A DNA stretch of 64,000 nt. It comes from Rebecca billardiae RCC1528 (Eukaryota; Protista; Haptophyta). Shown here in pieces: positions 23,773-36,000 of this stretch. The notes beneath the pieces are model-generated. The model searched no databases, was not told the origin of the DNA, and saw nothing but the letters and a program-made list of their open reading frames with translations. Location: contig OZ251238.1 in the NCBI GenBank assembly GCA_965240325.2, positions 62,001 through 126,000 of the forward strand, written 5' to 3'. Each line of letters starts with the position of its first letter. The stretch's first letter is position 1. The position numbers and the translations under genes are program-made.

Positions 23773-25022
23773 ATGTGCCCCGACGGCGTGGACGCGGCGC
23801 TGTACGAGCACGCGAGCCGCGGCGAAGCGGCCGCGCAGTGCGAGCTGGGCGAGGCGCTGCTCGCGCTCGGCGCCGCGCACGCGGCCGAGGCCGCGCGCTG
23901 GTTCCGCGCCGGCGCCGAGTCCGGGCACGGCCGGTGCGCGCTCCTGCTCTCGCGCGCGCTCGCGGCCGGCGACGGCGTGGCGCGCGACAAGCAGCGCGCG
24001 GTGCAGTGGCTGCGCCGCGCGGCGGAGGCGGAGGACCCGGAGGCGCTCTTCGAGCTGAGCGGGCTCGTCGACGGCCCCGGCTCCCCGCCCGCCTCGCTCA
24101 GCAGCGCGCGCGCGTACGAGCTGGCGCTCCGCTCGGCGCAGCTCGGGCACGCGCCCGCGATGAGCGTCGTCGCCGTGGCGTACGACTCGGGGATGGGCGC
24201 GCTGCCGCAGTCGGACCGGCTGGCGGTGGAGTGGTACACCAAGGCGGCCGAGCGCGGCGTGGCCTCCGCCGCGTACAACCTCGGCTGCGCGTACAAGAGC
24301 GGGCAGCACGTGAAGGCGGACGGCCGCGCCGCGCTGCGCTGGTGGACGCAGGCGGCCGAGGGCGGCCACGCGATGGCGATGCGCTCCGTGGGCCTCGCGC
24401 TGGTGGAGGGCGAGGGCGCGGAGGCCGACCCCGCGGAGGGCGTGCGCTGGATGCGCAAGGCCTCCCGCCGCGGCGACACGCGCGCCACCTTCCTCCTCGC
24501 GCACTGGCTCTCCTCGGGCGAGAAGGCGCACCAAGGCGTGCTCCCGGACCCGGACGAGGCGGAGCGCCTCTTCGCGCGGCTGGGCGGGCTGGGCGGGGAG
24601 GGCGGGGTCATGGGCGCGATGCTCGGCATCATCGGCAGCGGCATGCTCGGCGGCGGCCCCGCGCCCGTCGACCCGCGCAAGCAGGCGCGCGCGCGCGCGC
24701 GCGCGGCGGCGGCGCGGAGAACGCGCGCCCAAACGGCGAGGGCGCCGCGCCGCCGCCCGGCTGCGGCTGCCTGCACTGCGGCGCAGCGGGCTCGGCCGAG
24801 GCGCCGCTCAAGGCGTGCGCGCGGTGCCACTCGGCGCGCTTCTGCAGCCGCGAGTGCCAGAAGGCCGCGTGGAAGGCGCACAAGCGCGAGTGCGCCGCGC
24901 GCGTGCAGGAGGCGAGCGCGCAGGCCCAACTCGCGCGCGAGTCCGCCGCGCGCGGCGAGGACGCGCCCGAGGCGCGCCTCGCGCGCGAGTTTGCGCAGGC
25001 GTTCCGCGGCATGCGCGCGTGA
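23773..25022 (+). CDS. SEL1-like repeat protein with C-terminal MYND zinc finger; frame break near 24685-24719
   Basis: From ATG 23773 there are about six SEL1 repeats (AVQWLRRAAEAEDPEALFELS, AVEWYTKAAERGVASAAYNLGCAY, GVRWMRKASRRGDTRATFLLA). The MYND motif CLHC...CARC...FCSRECQKAAWKAHKREC lies in the frame of track ORF 23775..25022. Confidence 0.8.
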
Positions 25023-25491
25023 GCGAGGCGGCGCGCCGCGCCCCGAGCTCGACGGCCGGCGCCGATGTGGCCCGCCGCCCGCTCGCAGCGCTGCCCTTGC
25101 AGCGGCAGCTGCTGTGCGCGCCGCGGCCGCAAAAGCCCGCCGCCGCGACTTCCCAACCAAGTTCGGCAAGGTCCAGCCTCAGCCGGCCAGCCGCGCAGGC
25201 CCCGCGCAGCCTGACGCGCTGAGGCTCAGCACGCACCACTGAATCGTTCCCTACGCGTACAGCACCAGTGGCGGCGTCCGCCGCAGCCTGCGCGCGAGAG
25301 TGAGACTGAGATTCTCTCTCTGAGTGACTAGAACTGAGATGAGTGATGAGAATGAGCCCGCTGACGGCAGGGCGGGCCGCGTCGCTTGCCCGCAGCCCCG
25401 CACTGCGGCGTGGCGCGAAGAAGGCCGACGGTCGAAGGCGGTCCGAATAAACGAAAATGCTTAAGTAATGCGCCGCCCGACAAGCAGCAGC

Positions 25492-26418
25492 ATGGCTGAC
25501 GACCACGGCGACCCCCCGCCAGCCTGCCGCTTCTTCGCGCGCGGGTACTGCCGGAACGGCGAGCGCTGCGCGTACCGGCACGAGCGGCCGGCGGCCGAGC
25601 CCGCCGCGGCGGCATCGCCCGCGCCCGAGCCCCAGCCGCTCGTCCTCTCCTGGCCGCGCTGGGCGCTGCTGCCGCTCGAGGCGGAGGAGGGCCTGCTGCG
25701 CGTGCTGCTGCACTGGCCCAACGAGCGCGGCATGATGAGGGACCAGCCGGAGTGGCGCGTGCGCAAGCTGGCGCACGCGGTGCGCCGCGTGGGCGCGCTC
25801 TCCACGCTGCAGGCCACCTCGCTGCGCCGCCACCACATCCGCGCCGCCCACCCGTACGTGCCGAGCGCGCGGCTCGGGCTGGGCGCGGACGCAGACATCC
25901 GCGCCGCCGCGACGCTCTTCGAGGAGGCGCTCGGGCGGCACCTGGCGCAGGCGGGCGTGGTGTACGAGGACGAGCCGGCGCAGCGGCGCCGAGGCGGCGC
26001 CGCGCAGCCGGGCGGCACGCCCGACTTCCTGCTGCGCGCGCCGCTCCGGCTGCGGCTGGGCGCGCGCGGCGTCGGCGTCGGCGTCGGCGACGCCGCCGAC
26101 GCCGCCGCGACGGAGGGCGCGGAGGGTGCGGAGGAGGTGCGCGTACACTGGCTCGACGCGAAGCACTTCTACGGCGCGTCGACGATCGAGGACGACGGCA
26201 GGTCCGCCGTCGGCAAGCTCTGCGCCACCGGCACACGATACAACGCGCACTTTGGGCGCGGCGCGTTTGTGTTTGCGCACGGCTGCGGCGCAGCGCTGTG
26301 CGCGAGGCTCGAGGCGCTCGGCGTGTGCGTGCTCGACGCGCGCCCGCTCGACGTCAGCGCGGTGCGCGCGCAGCAGCGCACGTGGTGTGCGGACGCGCGG
26401 GGGAACATCCTGCCATGA
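25492..26418 (+). CDS. CCCH zinc finger fused to a TPD-domain (CDIN1/C15orf41-like) PD-(D/E)xK nuclease, about 308 aa
   Basis: N-terminal CRFFARGYCRNGERCAYRH is C-x7-C-x5-C-x3-H. GTPDFLL (~26014), VHWLDAKHFYG (~26145) and YNAHFGRGAFVFAHG parallel the CDIN1 motifs KTPDF, IHWIESKASFG and YWNRFGPG. An alternative in-frame ATG is at 25468. Confidence 0.75.
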   Translation: MADDHGDPPPACRFFARGYCRNGERCAYRHERPAAEPAAAASPAPEPQPLVLSWPRWALLPLEAEEGLLRVLLHWPNERGMMRDQPEWRVRKLAHAVRRVGALSTLQATSLRRHHIRAAHPYVPSARLGLGADADIRAAATLFEEALGRHLAQAGVVYEDEPAQRRRGGAAQPGGTPDFLLRAPLRLRLGARGVGVGVGDAADAAATEGAEGAEEVRVHWLDAKHFYGASTIEDDGRSAVGKLCATGTRYNAHFGRGAFVFAHGCGAALCARLEALGVCVLDARPLDVSAVRAQQRTWCADARGNILP

Positions 26419-27088
26419 CGGCGCGCGACGACCTCTGGCTTGTGCCGACGTTCTCACTTGTCGTCGTGCCCCCCGGTCAGCGGCTCAGGCCCAGGGGCGC
26501 TGTGTCCGCGGGCCGCAGCCGGCTACGGGCCGCGCTAGTCTCCGCCAACATCACGCGACGACTAGCAGTCGTAATTACACGCGATATGGTTGTATATAAC
26601 CGCTCGGTTATGCGGGTAAAACTCACCGGTAGCTAGCCCTCATATGAGGGCGGGCAGTGGCAGCCCGAGGGTGAGGGTGGCGGCTACGCCGTACGCGCGG
26701 TGCCTGAACGGATGACTTCCTGAGACCTGACTGAGTCTGCGAAACCGGGAACGGACTGACCGGGGTGGCACTCACGGCGGCTTCCGGCGCGCCGAACCGG
26801 GCGGCAGTTCCGCCGGGGCGCCCCGAGCTGAGCTAGCCAGGCCCGTCGACTGGGGTGGCCCAGTGGGTGGCGGCGCGGATCCGCGCAGCAGCTTGGCAAC
26901 TGCTTGGCACGCGGCCAAGCGATGGCGCGCGTCTCTGCGCGCACTCGCTGGCTGCACCCGCGCGGCTCGGCGGCCGGCGTGGCTGATCACTGATCAGGCT
27001 GATGCTCGATGCGGGTCACCGCGCGGCACTGATGGTGCAGTGGTGGCAGTGGTGGCTGCCCCTCCTAGCAGTCCTAGCTGGGAGAATT

Positions 27089-29138
27089 CACAGTAGTTAA
27101 GAAATCGATTTTCGGCGTTACCGTAACCCGTCCGCACTTCCGCCCAGTGGGGATGCGGGGGATTTTTTTTCATGCCGCGTTCGCGGCACTTCGCGCCGCC
27201 ACAGTGGAGAAAGATCGGGCCGCCAGCCGTTTGAGCATGGTCGGTTGTGAGCACGCCCATTCGAATCGATGGCGCGCTCCGAGCGGCGGGCATGCGCGCA
27301 TGTGTGCCGCGAGGGGGGCTGCGAGGCGTCGGCCGGCTTGCCAAGGCGGTTCCCCGGGGCGGCGTCACCCTCGCCCGCCCCTCCTCGCCCACCCTCGCCC
27401 CACGGGCGGCCACACGTGAGCTGTTAAGATGAGTTCACGGGGGCCGCGCGGCACGCGCGCGGAGAGGCGAGGAAGTGGTGTTTCGCGGAAAAACGCTCTG
27501 TAGCATTGTGCTCAACCCATGTGGGCACCCGCTCCACAAGTTTGCGGTGCGCCAAACCGCACACAGCGGCCTGAGCAGCTCCCAGACTGAGTTTCGCTCT
27601 TGAAGCCTGTTTTTGGGCCAGATCTTGGTGTGGATGTAGCGCGGCGAGGAGGCGCCGGGCGCGCGCCCGAGCTGCGTGCTGGCACTCGTCATGACCCATA
27701 GGCATCGTCCGTCGCGAACGACCCGGCTCGCCTCGACCTCTCCGACCCGCCGGGCAGCCACGACCGAGCGCGCAGCCAACGGTGTCCAAACAGAGGCTTC
27801 TCAGACCGCGTGGGATGGGCATAGGCGCGAGAGAGGGCGCCCAGCGCGCTCTTGAGATGCACAGGAGCACGCGCTGGTGCGTATAGAACCATCCCATCAC
27901 GATCGCCCCGACCTGGCGCGCCCTATCTGGCCCGTCAGGCTGCCCGCGCCGCCGCCGCCGCGCCACGCCGCCGCCATGCCGCCGCCGCACGGCGGGCACG
28001 TGGGTAAATCTGTATTGAACAAGTACAGAATTTCCGGTGCGGCCCTCTTTTGGGCGGCAAGGTTGGTCTGGTCGACACCTGCCGCGCGGCATGGGCCACG
28101 GCGCGGCGAGGTGGCGGCTGGCGCACCGCGGCGCGGGCGGGATGGCTCGAGGACACCACCGCCCCGCCTCCCACGCCACGCCGTGCGCGTGCGCCGTGCT
28201 CTCGTTGCGTACCGAATTTCCTGCGGCGAGCGACGTCACACAGCGCGACCATGCCATCGCGCGACGAGGTGCGTTCAGCTCAGCGATTTGTCGTATTTGT
28301 TGAATACATGCGGGTACGAATCGGACGCACGACGCCCTCGACGCACACGTCGAGAGCCACGCGCGCGGCGTGGACTGGCACGCGACGCGGAGATGGCGGG
28401 CGCGGTGCCGCGGGCGCGCGACTGGTCTAGAACAGCACAATGAAGCGCGGGACGGCGCCGCGCGCGTGGGCTCGCTGCCGTCTCCTCGCAGTCGAATATT
28501 TCTGTGCACCCTCCTACCAGGTCAGTCGACCGACTTGCACGCGGCATGCGAGCACTGCGTGCGGGGAGGAGTGTGACATGGCAGGCTGTGGCGAGGTGGA
28601 TGGCCGTGCAGGAGTATGCTAGGAAGGGCCGCTCCCGCGCTCGCGCGGTGCCTCGCGCACGCCTCGTCGAGGACGAGCGTGTTTGAATGGCTCCGGGGAG
28701 GCCTGAGACTTCGCTTGTTCACAGCAGCGCGCGACAGGTGCACACAACGAAGGTGACGACCAGGCACTCCGGCGAGGGCGGCTGTGCTGGCAGCAGACTG
28801 CCTTTGGAGTAAGATGCGCGCCATCTTACGCGCCGCTTCGCCTCGCTGCATCGCCGCACTGAGCAGCAGGGCTCCACGCTCACGAATGGCTCACCACGAG
28901 CTACGTGACCGGCCAGCCGCGTGCAACCCGGCGAGGCAGAGAGGGGCGGAGGGATGGGGAGGCTGGGTGGGATGTGGCAGTCCCATGCCCGGGGCCTTCG
29001 CCAGGCGCCTGCGCGGCCACCGTAGCGTCTTCTGTGCGCTCGTGCGGCCCGCGCGATAATTTCCCCGATCGAAAATCGGCTCGCGTGTAGTCGGACGGGT
29101 TACGATATTCCGATCCGCGCCCGTTTTTGTTCACTGTG
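27089..29138. mobile_element. Putative non-autonomous DNA transposon with CACAGT termini and bipartite terminal inverted repeats
   Basis: Left end CACAGTA (27089) with CGTAACCCGTCCG (27122-27134). Right end CGGACGGGTTACG (29092-29104) with CACTGTG (29132-29138). TT flanks both sides. The interior has lower GC and no convincing CDS. Confidence 0.5.
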
Positions 29139-29486
29139 TTGCGCTTAAACGGCGGCGAGTCGTAGTACAGTTACGCGCCGACTATATAGCCATCAGTAGC
29201 GCGCTGACTACAGCACGGTCAGATGACATCGGCGCCGCGTGACGACGGGCGCGCGGGTGCGTGCGCATCAGTGATGCTGCTGATGGCGATGCGCGCGTGT
29301 CCGCGAGACGTGATGAATATCATCGTCGCCTGATCGCGCGCGCGCCAGGATGAAGCGACTGCAGCAGCAGGCGGGCCCGATGCGGATTGCGGGAGCGGAT
29401 GGCACGCGCGGCGCACGCTTGGTTGTGCTGGCGGTCGTCGTCCGCGCGCTCGGCGCGCCGGCGGCGCCGCGCGCGCCTGGCGCCGC

Positions 29487-30010
29487 CTACTGCGGCGCTC
29501 GCACGAGCGTGTCGCGCAGCGAGGGCACGCGGTGCGCGTGCACGCGCGGCCCCGCGCGCGCGCCGAGCAGCGCGCGCGGCACGGCGGCGGGCTCGGCGGT
29601 GGCGCCGAGCGGCGGCGGCGGCGCGCGGCGCTGCTGTCCGCCCGGCTTTGGCAGCACCTGCCCGCCCACCGGCACGTCGTAGCGCTCCACCTCGGTGGTG
29701 ATCCTCACCGCCGCGCCCGCCGCGCCCAGGTCGATCGGGTACGCGGCGCGCAGCTCGACCTCGATGCGCGCGCACATGCCGGGCGCGACCGGGCCGCGCG
29801 GGCCCGCGGTGACGAGCACGTCCGCGAGCGGCTGCGCCGCCGTGCGCGCGAGCGCCGCGCTGCGCGCCGGCGGCGGCGGCGGCGCGAGCGGCCCCTCCTC
29901 CGCGTCCGAGTCGTCGCTCAGCAGCGCGGCGGGCGCGGCCGCGAGCGCGGCGAGCGCGGGCGGCGTGGCGGCGGGCTCGGCGGCCGCGGGCGGCGCGGCG
30001 GGCGGCTCGG

Positions 30011-30041
<31 letters not shown>

Positions 30042-33000
30042 GGCGCGCGCGGCGAGCGCGGCGGCGGCCGCCTCGGCCTCGGCCGCGCGCGACGCCGCGG
30101 CCGCCACCTCCGCGGCCGCCGCCTCGGCCGCCGCGCCGCGCGGCGTGAGCTCGCCGCCCACCGCGACGCTGAAGCGCTGCGGCAGCGCGGACACGTTCCG
30201 CACGCCCAGGCTCAGCCGGTACGTTGCGCCCGCCTGCACGGAGCCAAAGTCGAGGGCGGCGGGCTCGACGATCAGCGCCTGGCGGTGGCGCGCGCGCGCG
30301 GCAGAGGGGGCGCGCGGCGGGCGCGCGGCAGGCGGGAGCGTGAGCGGCGCGCGCGCTCGCGCTCGCGCTCGGCCGCGCGTTGGCGCTGGGTGTGCGTGTG
30401 CGTGTGTGCGTGTGCGTGTGTGTGTGTGTGTGTGCGTGTGCGTGTGCGTGTGTGTGTGTGTGCGTGTGTGTGTGCGTGTGGGCGTGTGTGCGTGTGGCGT
30501 TGGCGCGCACCCTAGGCACTGCGCCGTACTGGCCGGAGCGCGCGACCGCGCGGATGCCGCGCTTGACGGGCAGCTCGAGCTGCAGCGCGCGCTCGTGCAG
30601 CCCCACAGGCACCGCGCGCACGACGGCGGCGGCGTGCTGCATGCGCGCGTGCCGCTGCTGTCCGTACACGTCGAGGGGCGTGCGCACTGGCGGGCCCTGC
30701 GCGGCACACAGCAACACCACGCGCACCGCAGCAACACGGGGGGGGCGGGGCGGGCGCGGCCGCGCGGCGTGGCGTGGCGCGGCTCAGCACGCGCGGCCAG
30801 GTCGCAGGGCGCGCGGTGTGCACGCGTGCGCGTGTGTGCGTGCCCGCGCGTGCGCGCGCTGCTCCCTCTCACCAGGTAGGACACGGCGAGCGCGTGCGCC
30901 AGCGCCGCCTCCTGCGCCGCCCCGTGCGCGGCCGCGCGCGCGAGCGCCGCCGAGTGCGCGCCCAGCGCGCCCTCCGCCTCCGCGCCGCCCGCCTCGTACT
31001 GCCCGATCGAGAGGTCGAGGGAGGAGCGGTGCTGCTGCGCGCCCTCCTCCTCGCCCCCGCCCTCCGCCCCCGCGCGGTCCCTGTGGTGCTGCGGCCCCTC
31101 CCTCGCCATGCGCGCCACCATGGCGTCCAGCGACGGGCTGCGCTGCTGCCCGACCTCGGCGCCCGCGTGGACGTGCGCCGCGCTGCCGCCCAGCCCGTCC
31201 GTGCCCTCGAGCCACAGCCCGTCCTCGCCCTCCTCGCCCTCCTCCGCGCTGAGCGGCAGCTGGTCCTCCGACTCGTCGTCGGAGAGCACGGCGGGCGGGT
31301 GCCCCGCCTGGCCGTACAGGCCGAGCGGGCCGCCGCCCTCGAGGCGCGCGCGCTCGCCCGCCGTCAGGTCGACGGCCGAGCCGCTGTGCAGCGCGCCGCC
31401 GCCGCGCGCCTCCTGCGCCTGCCGCTGCCGCAGCAGCTCGCTGAGCTGCGTGTCGGAGTAGCTGGACAGCGGGACCTCGCCCACGCCCACAGCGGGGAGG
31501 GCGCCCCACCAGTACCCGCCTGAACGCGGGCGGCGCGCGCGCGCACGCACGCACGCGCACGCACGCGCGCGCACACGCGCATGCACACGCACGCGCGGCA
31601 GTGCTGAGTGCCAGCGCCACAGCGCCAGCGCCACAGCGCCCCGAAAGCGGACGCGAAGGGAGGGGCGCGCGCGGAGCGAGGGGCCCGCGCGGTGCGCGCA
31701 CCGCGGTGCGAGGGCGCGTCCGCCGCCTTGACCGGCCTGCGCGCGAGCGCGTCCGCCGCCTCGTCCGCCTCCGCCTGCGCGCGCAGCGCCGCCTCCACCG
31801 CCACGCGCTGCGCCTCGAGCAGCGCCTCGGCTGCGCACCGCACCGCACCGCGGCGCGGCGCGGCGCAGCGCAGCATGCACGCACGCGCGGGGGCGCGCGC
31901 AGCTCAGCACGGGGGCGGGGGGCGGGGGCCACGGCAGCGGCGGGGCGCGCGTGCCCGCGGTGTGCGCCCGGCGCGGTGGCGGTGTGGCGGTGTGCCGCAC
32001 CTTCGCGCTCCGCCTGCAGCGCTGCGGCCGCCTCGGAGGCCGCGCTGGCCAGCGTCTCGTCCAGCGACGGCTCGGCCGCGGGCGCGGGCGCGGGCGGGCG
32101 CTGCGCGCGCAGCTGTGCCGCCAGCGCGCGCGCCGCCTCCGCCTCCTGCTTGGAGCGCGCGTCCTGCTGCTGCGCGCGCTCCGCACGCAGCGCCTCGAGC
32201 GCGCGGTGCCGCTCAAACCGCGCCTGCGCACACACAAGCGCACACACAAGCGCACAAGCACGCGCGCGCACGCGCGCGCGCGGAGGGCGGTGCGCGTGAG
32301 CGGCGGCGCGCGCGCTGCACGGTCGGTCCGCGCGCTTGCGCTGTGTGTGCGCTGTGTGTGTGCAGCGTGTGCGCAGCGTGTGCGCAGCGTGCGCTGTGTG
32401 TGCAGTGCGTGCGCCGTGTGTGCGCTGTGTGCGCCGTGTGTGCAGTGCGCGCGGTGCGCGCGCCGTGTGCGCGCGCCCCGCTCACCATGTCTGCAGCCTG
32501 CCTCGCGCGCTCGGCCGGGGTGAGCGGCTGCGTGCGAAGGAGGCGGCGGTAGTGCATCGCGCGCCCGGCGTAGAGCGGCGGCGGGCGCCGCCCCGCGAGC
32601 TGCCTCGCCAGCGCGTCCGCGCCGAGCGCCTCCGCCGCCTCGGCCGACAGCCCCCAGTGTGTGCGCGCGTGCGCGGCCGCGTGCGCGGGCGGCAGCGCCG
32701 CGCCCTCCGCCTCGATCTCGCGCGCGCGCTCAGCCCAGTCCTTGGCGAGGCAGCTCACGTGCGACGCGCGCGGGTTGTCCAGCGCGCCCACGCCCGAGTC
32801 CACGCCCGTCTCCACCACCTCGCCCAGCCCCTCCGCCGCCGCCCTCCGCGCGCCGTGCCAGAACGCCTCGAGCGCGTGCGCGGGCAGCAGCTCAGTCACG
32901 CCGCCGCCGCGCGCGCACACAAACAGACGCGGCGCGTGCGAGCCGCCGTGCTGCAGCGAGCGCTCGAGGATGGCGATCTCGTCGAGCGGCGGCAGCAGCG

Positions 33001-36000
33001 ACGCGCGCGCCCACGCGCACGGGCCCGCCTCCGCGCCCGCCGGCGCGCCCTCGCCCTCGCCCTCGCCCCCCCCCGCGGCCGCGCCCTCTGCCGTCGCCGT
33101 GGCTGCTGCCGGTGCGAGCTTGCGTGCTTGCGCCGCGCGCGCGTCCTCGAGCGCATCGGCGAGGCGCACCTCAAAGGCGCGGCCGTGCGGGTCGACGGTG
33201 GCGAGCGCGCACGGCCCCTCGAGCTGCGCCGTGTACGCGCCCCTGCGCACCCCGTCGTAGCCCTCCTCCCACTCGTAGTCCGCCTTGGCGCCCAGCGCCA
33301 CGCGCGCGGGCAGCAGCAGCGCGCCGCGCACGCCGCCGCGCCAGCACAGCTGCAGGCTGTCGCCCGCGCGCGTGGTGGCGCGCAGGACAGCCGTGCCCGC
33401 GTCGACGTCGAGCTCGCGCGTGGGCAGCACCAGCCGCGGCGGCGGCGGCGCCTCGCCGCCCTCCTCCTCCCGCGCCCCCGCGCCCGCGGGCAGGGTCGCG
33501 CTCAGCGCCACCCCGGCCGCGCCCACCACCGTCACCGTGCGGCTGCCCAGCTGCTGCCACACGTCAGGCAGGCCGGGCGCGCGCACGAGCAGCGCGCCGA
33601 CGCGGAGGGCAGAGCGCGCGGCGGAGGCGGAGGCGCAGACGCGCGTGCCGTCGGGGAACGCGACGCAGCGCGCGCCGTCCGCCCCCACCGTGCACACCAC
33701 GCCGTCCGCGCGCGCAGACACCGTCGCCCCGCTCGGCACATGCAGCGCGGACGCGCCCGCGAGCGCGCCCAAGCGCGCCGCGTCCGCCGCGTCGGCGGCC
33801 GCGCCGGCGGGCTCGGTGGCGGCGCTGGCGGCGCTGGGCGCGAGCGCGCTGCCGCCGAGCGCCGACGCCTCGTCGTCGTCCGCCGCGCCCTCGCCGCCGC
33901 CCGCCTCGGCGAGCAGGCCGGCCGCGGCCGCGCGCCACACGAGCGAGCCGCCGCGGCCGTCCGCGCGCGTCGTGTGCGCGCGCACGTCGCCGCCCCAGAG
34001 GACCTCGCGCCACGCCTCGGCCGCGTGCTTGGCCGACTCGGCCGTGCGCTCGAACGTCACGCCGCCGTCCGCGCGCACGAGCACGCACAGGCCGTCCGCG
34101 CCCACGAGGCTGAGCCCCGCGTGCCCGCACGCGGGAGCCTCGGCACCGCCGCCGCCGCCGTCGTCGTCGTCGCCGCCGCCGCCGGGCGCGTGCGGCGGCG
34201 GGCGCGTGTGCGCGAGGAGGGTGGCGCCCTCCGCCTCGAGGACGAGCAGCGCCTCGGCGCGCGGCTCGCCGCCCTCGCCCAGCTCGCACGTCGCGTGCAA
34301 CGTCGCGCTGTCCGCGTGCGGCAGCGCCACGGTCGCGCGCGCGCACCGCAGCGCCGGCAGCGCGGCCGCGCGCAGCAGCGCGCCGTCCGCGGGGAAGAGG
34401 CGCGCCTCGTGCGCGCAGCCCGCGGGGCCGGCGGCGGCGGTGAGGCCGCGCGCGGCGGCGGGCGGCAGGCGGTAGAGCGTGCCGCCCGGCGGCGGCGCGG
34501 GTGGCGCGGGCGGCGCGGGCGGCGGCTTGGGCGGCGGCGCGGCGGCGGGCGCGGCGGCGGCGCCGTCCGCGCCGTCCGCGCCGGCGGCGGCGGGCGGCGC
34601 GGGCGGCGCGCCGTCCGCGCCGCCGTCCGCGCCGCCGCCGCCGCCGCCGCGGTGCGCGTACGCCGGGTCGGGGTGCGCGCGCGCGTACGCGTCCCACTGC
34701 GCCAGGTTGCGCCACAGCCGCGGCCCGAGCGGGTGCGCCACCGCCGCCACCTCGCGCCTGCCCGGCGGCATGGGCGTGTGCAGCGCCAGCGCCGCGCAGT
34801 CGAGCTCCGGCAGGTACCGCACGAGCGGCACCGGGCGCGCGCCGTGCGCGAGCGCCGAGACGAGCACGTGCGCGGCGGTCTCGGCAGCGTGCGGCTCGGC
34901 ATACTCGCGGTCGTTGAACCGGCGCATCCGCGGCAGCGCCGGCGCCTCCGCCTCGCCCGCGTCCGTCCCGCCGCCCCAGCCCGGCGCGTCGGCGCCGCCG
35001 CCGTCCGCGGCCGCGGCCGCCTCGTCCTCCGCCGCCTCGCGCGCCTCCGCCTGCGCCTCGTCCTCGGCGGCGAGCTCGGCGAGGCTGACGCGCGGCGGCG
35101 CGGCGCGCGGCACGGGCGCGTCGGGCAGCAGCGGGTCCGCCGCCTCGACCAGCTCCTCGCACGCGCCCACCACCAGCGCCGCGTCCTGCTGCGACGGCTC
35201 GAAGCGGCCGAAGCCGTGCCGCAGCGCAGCCTCGGCCGCGCGCGCCGCCGCGGGCCACACGCCGCGCGCGCACCCGTCGACGGCCGCGCCGCCGAGCGTG
35301 CCCGGCGGCGCGGCCATCGCGTCGCGGCCGGGCGCGCGCGCCAGCGCGTACACGCAGCGCTCCGCCTCGAGCACCGCCGCCGCCGCCGCCTCGTCCTCGC
35401 GCGCCGGCGGCAGCTGCGCATACGGCGGCAGCCGGGTGAGCGCGCGCGCCGTGCCGTGCGCACTCCCCACCAGCGCCACGCCGGCCGAGGCGACGCCGCG
35501 CGCGCGGAGGGCGGCGGCGGTGGGCGCGTCGAGCGCCGAGGGCGGCGGCGCGCCCGCCGCCGCCGCCACCGCGCCCAGCGGCGCCGCGCCCAGCGCCGCG
35601 CCCGTCCGCCCCAGGAAGGCCGCCACCGCCTCCGCCTCGTCCGCGCGCGCCGCGGCCGCCGCGCCGCGCGCGTGCTGCGCGGTGGCGGTGCGCTCGACCT
35701 GCGCGCACAGCGCGTGCAGCACGGAAGCGACGCCGAGGCCGACGCCGCGCGCCGACGCGCGCGCGAGCGTCGCCTCGTACACCTCCATCGCCGGCCGCGC
35801 CGCCGCCGCCGCCGGCGCGGCGGGCGCGCCGTCCAAGCCCGCGGCCGCGGAGCCCGCCGCGCCGCCATCTGCGCCGCCGGCCGCGCCGCCGGCCGCGTCG
35901 CCGCCCGTGTGTGCGGCGGTGTGTGCGCGGTGCTCGCCCAGCTCGACGATGCGCACGGCGGCGCACCACGCCTGGTACTGCGCCGCGCGCGCCGCAGCCG

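Noticed and set aside
26684-29134. Short ORFs in the element region as a transposase
   Set aside because: No DDE, zinc-finger or other recognisable motif, and no coding-like codon bias.
29122-29138. CACAGTG plus ACAAAAACG (minus strand) as a functional V(D)J RSS
   Set aside because: The spacer is 1 nt, not 12 or 23; kept only as part of a putative transposon end.
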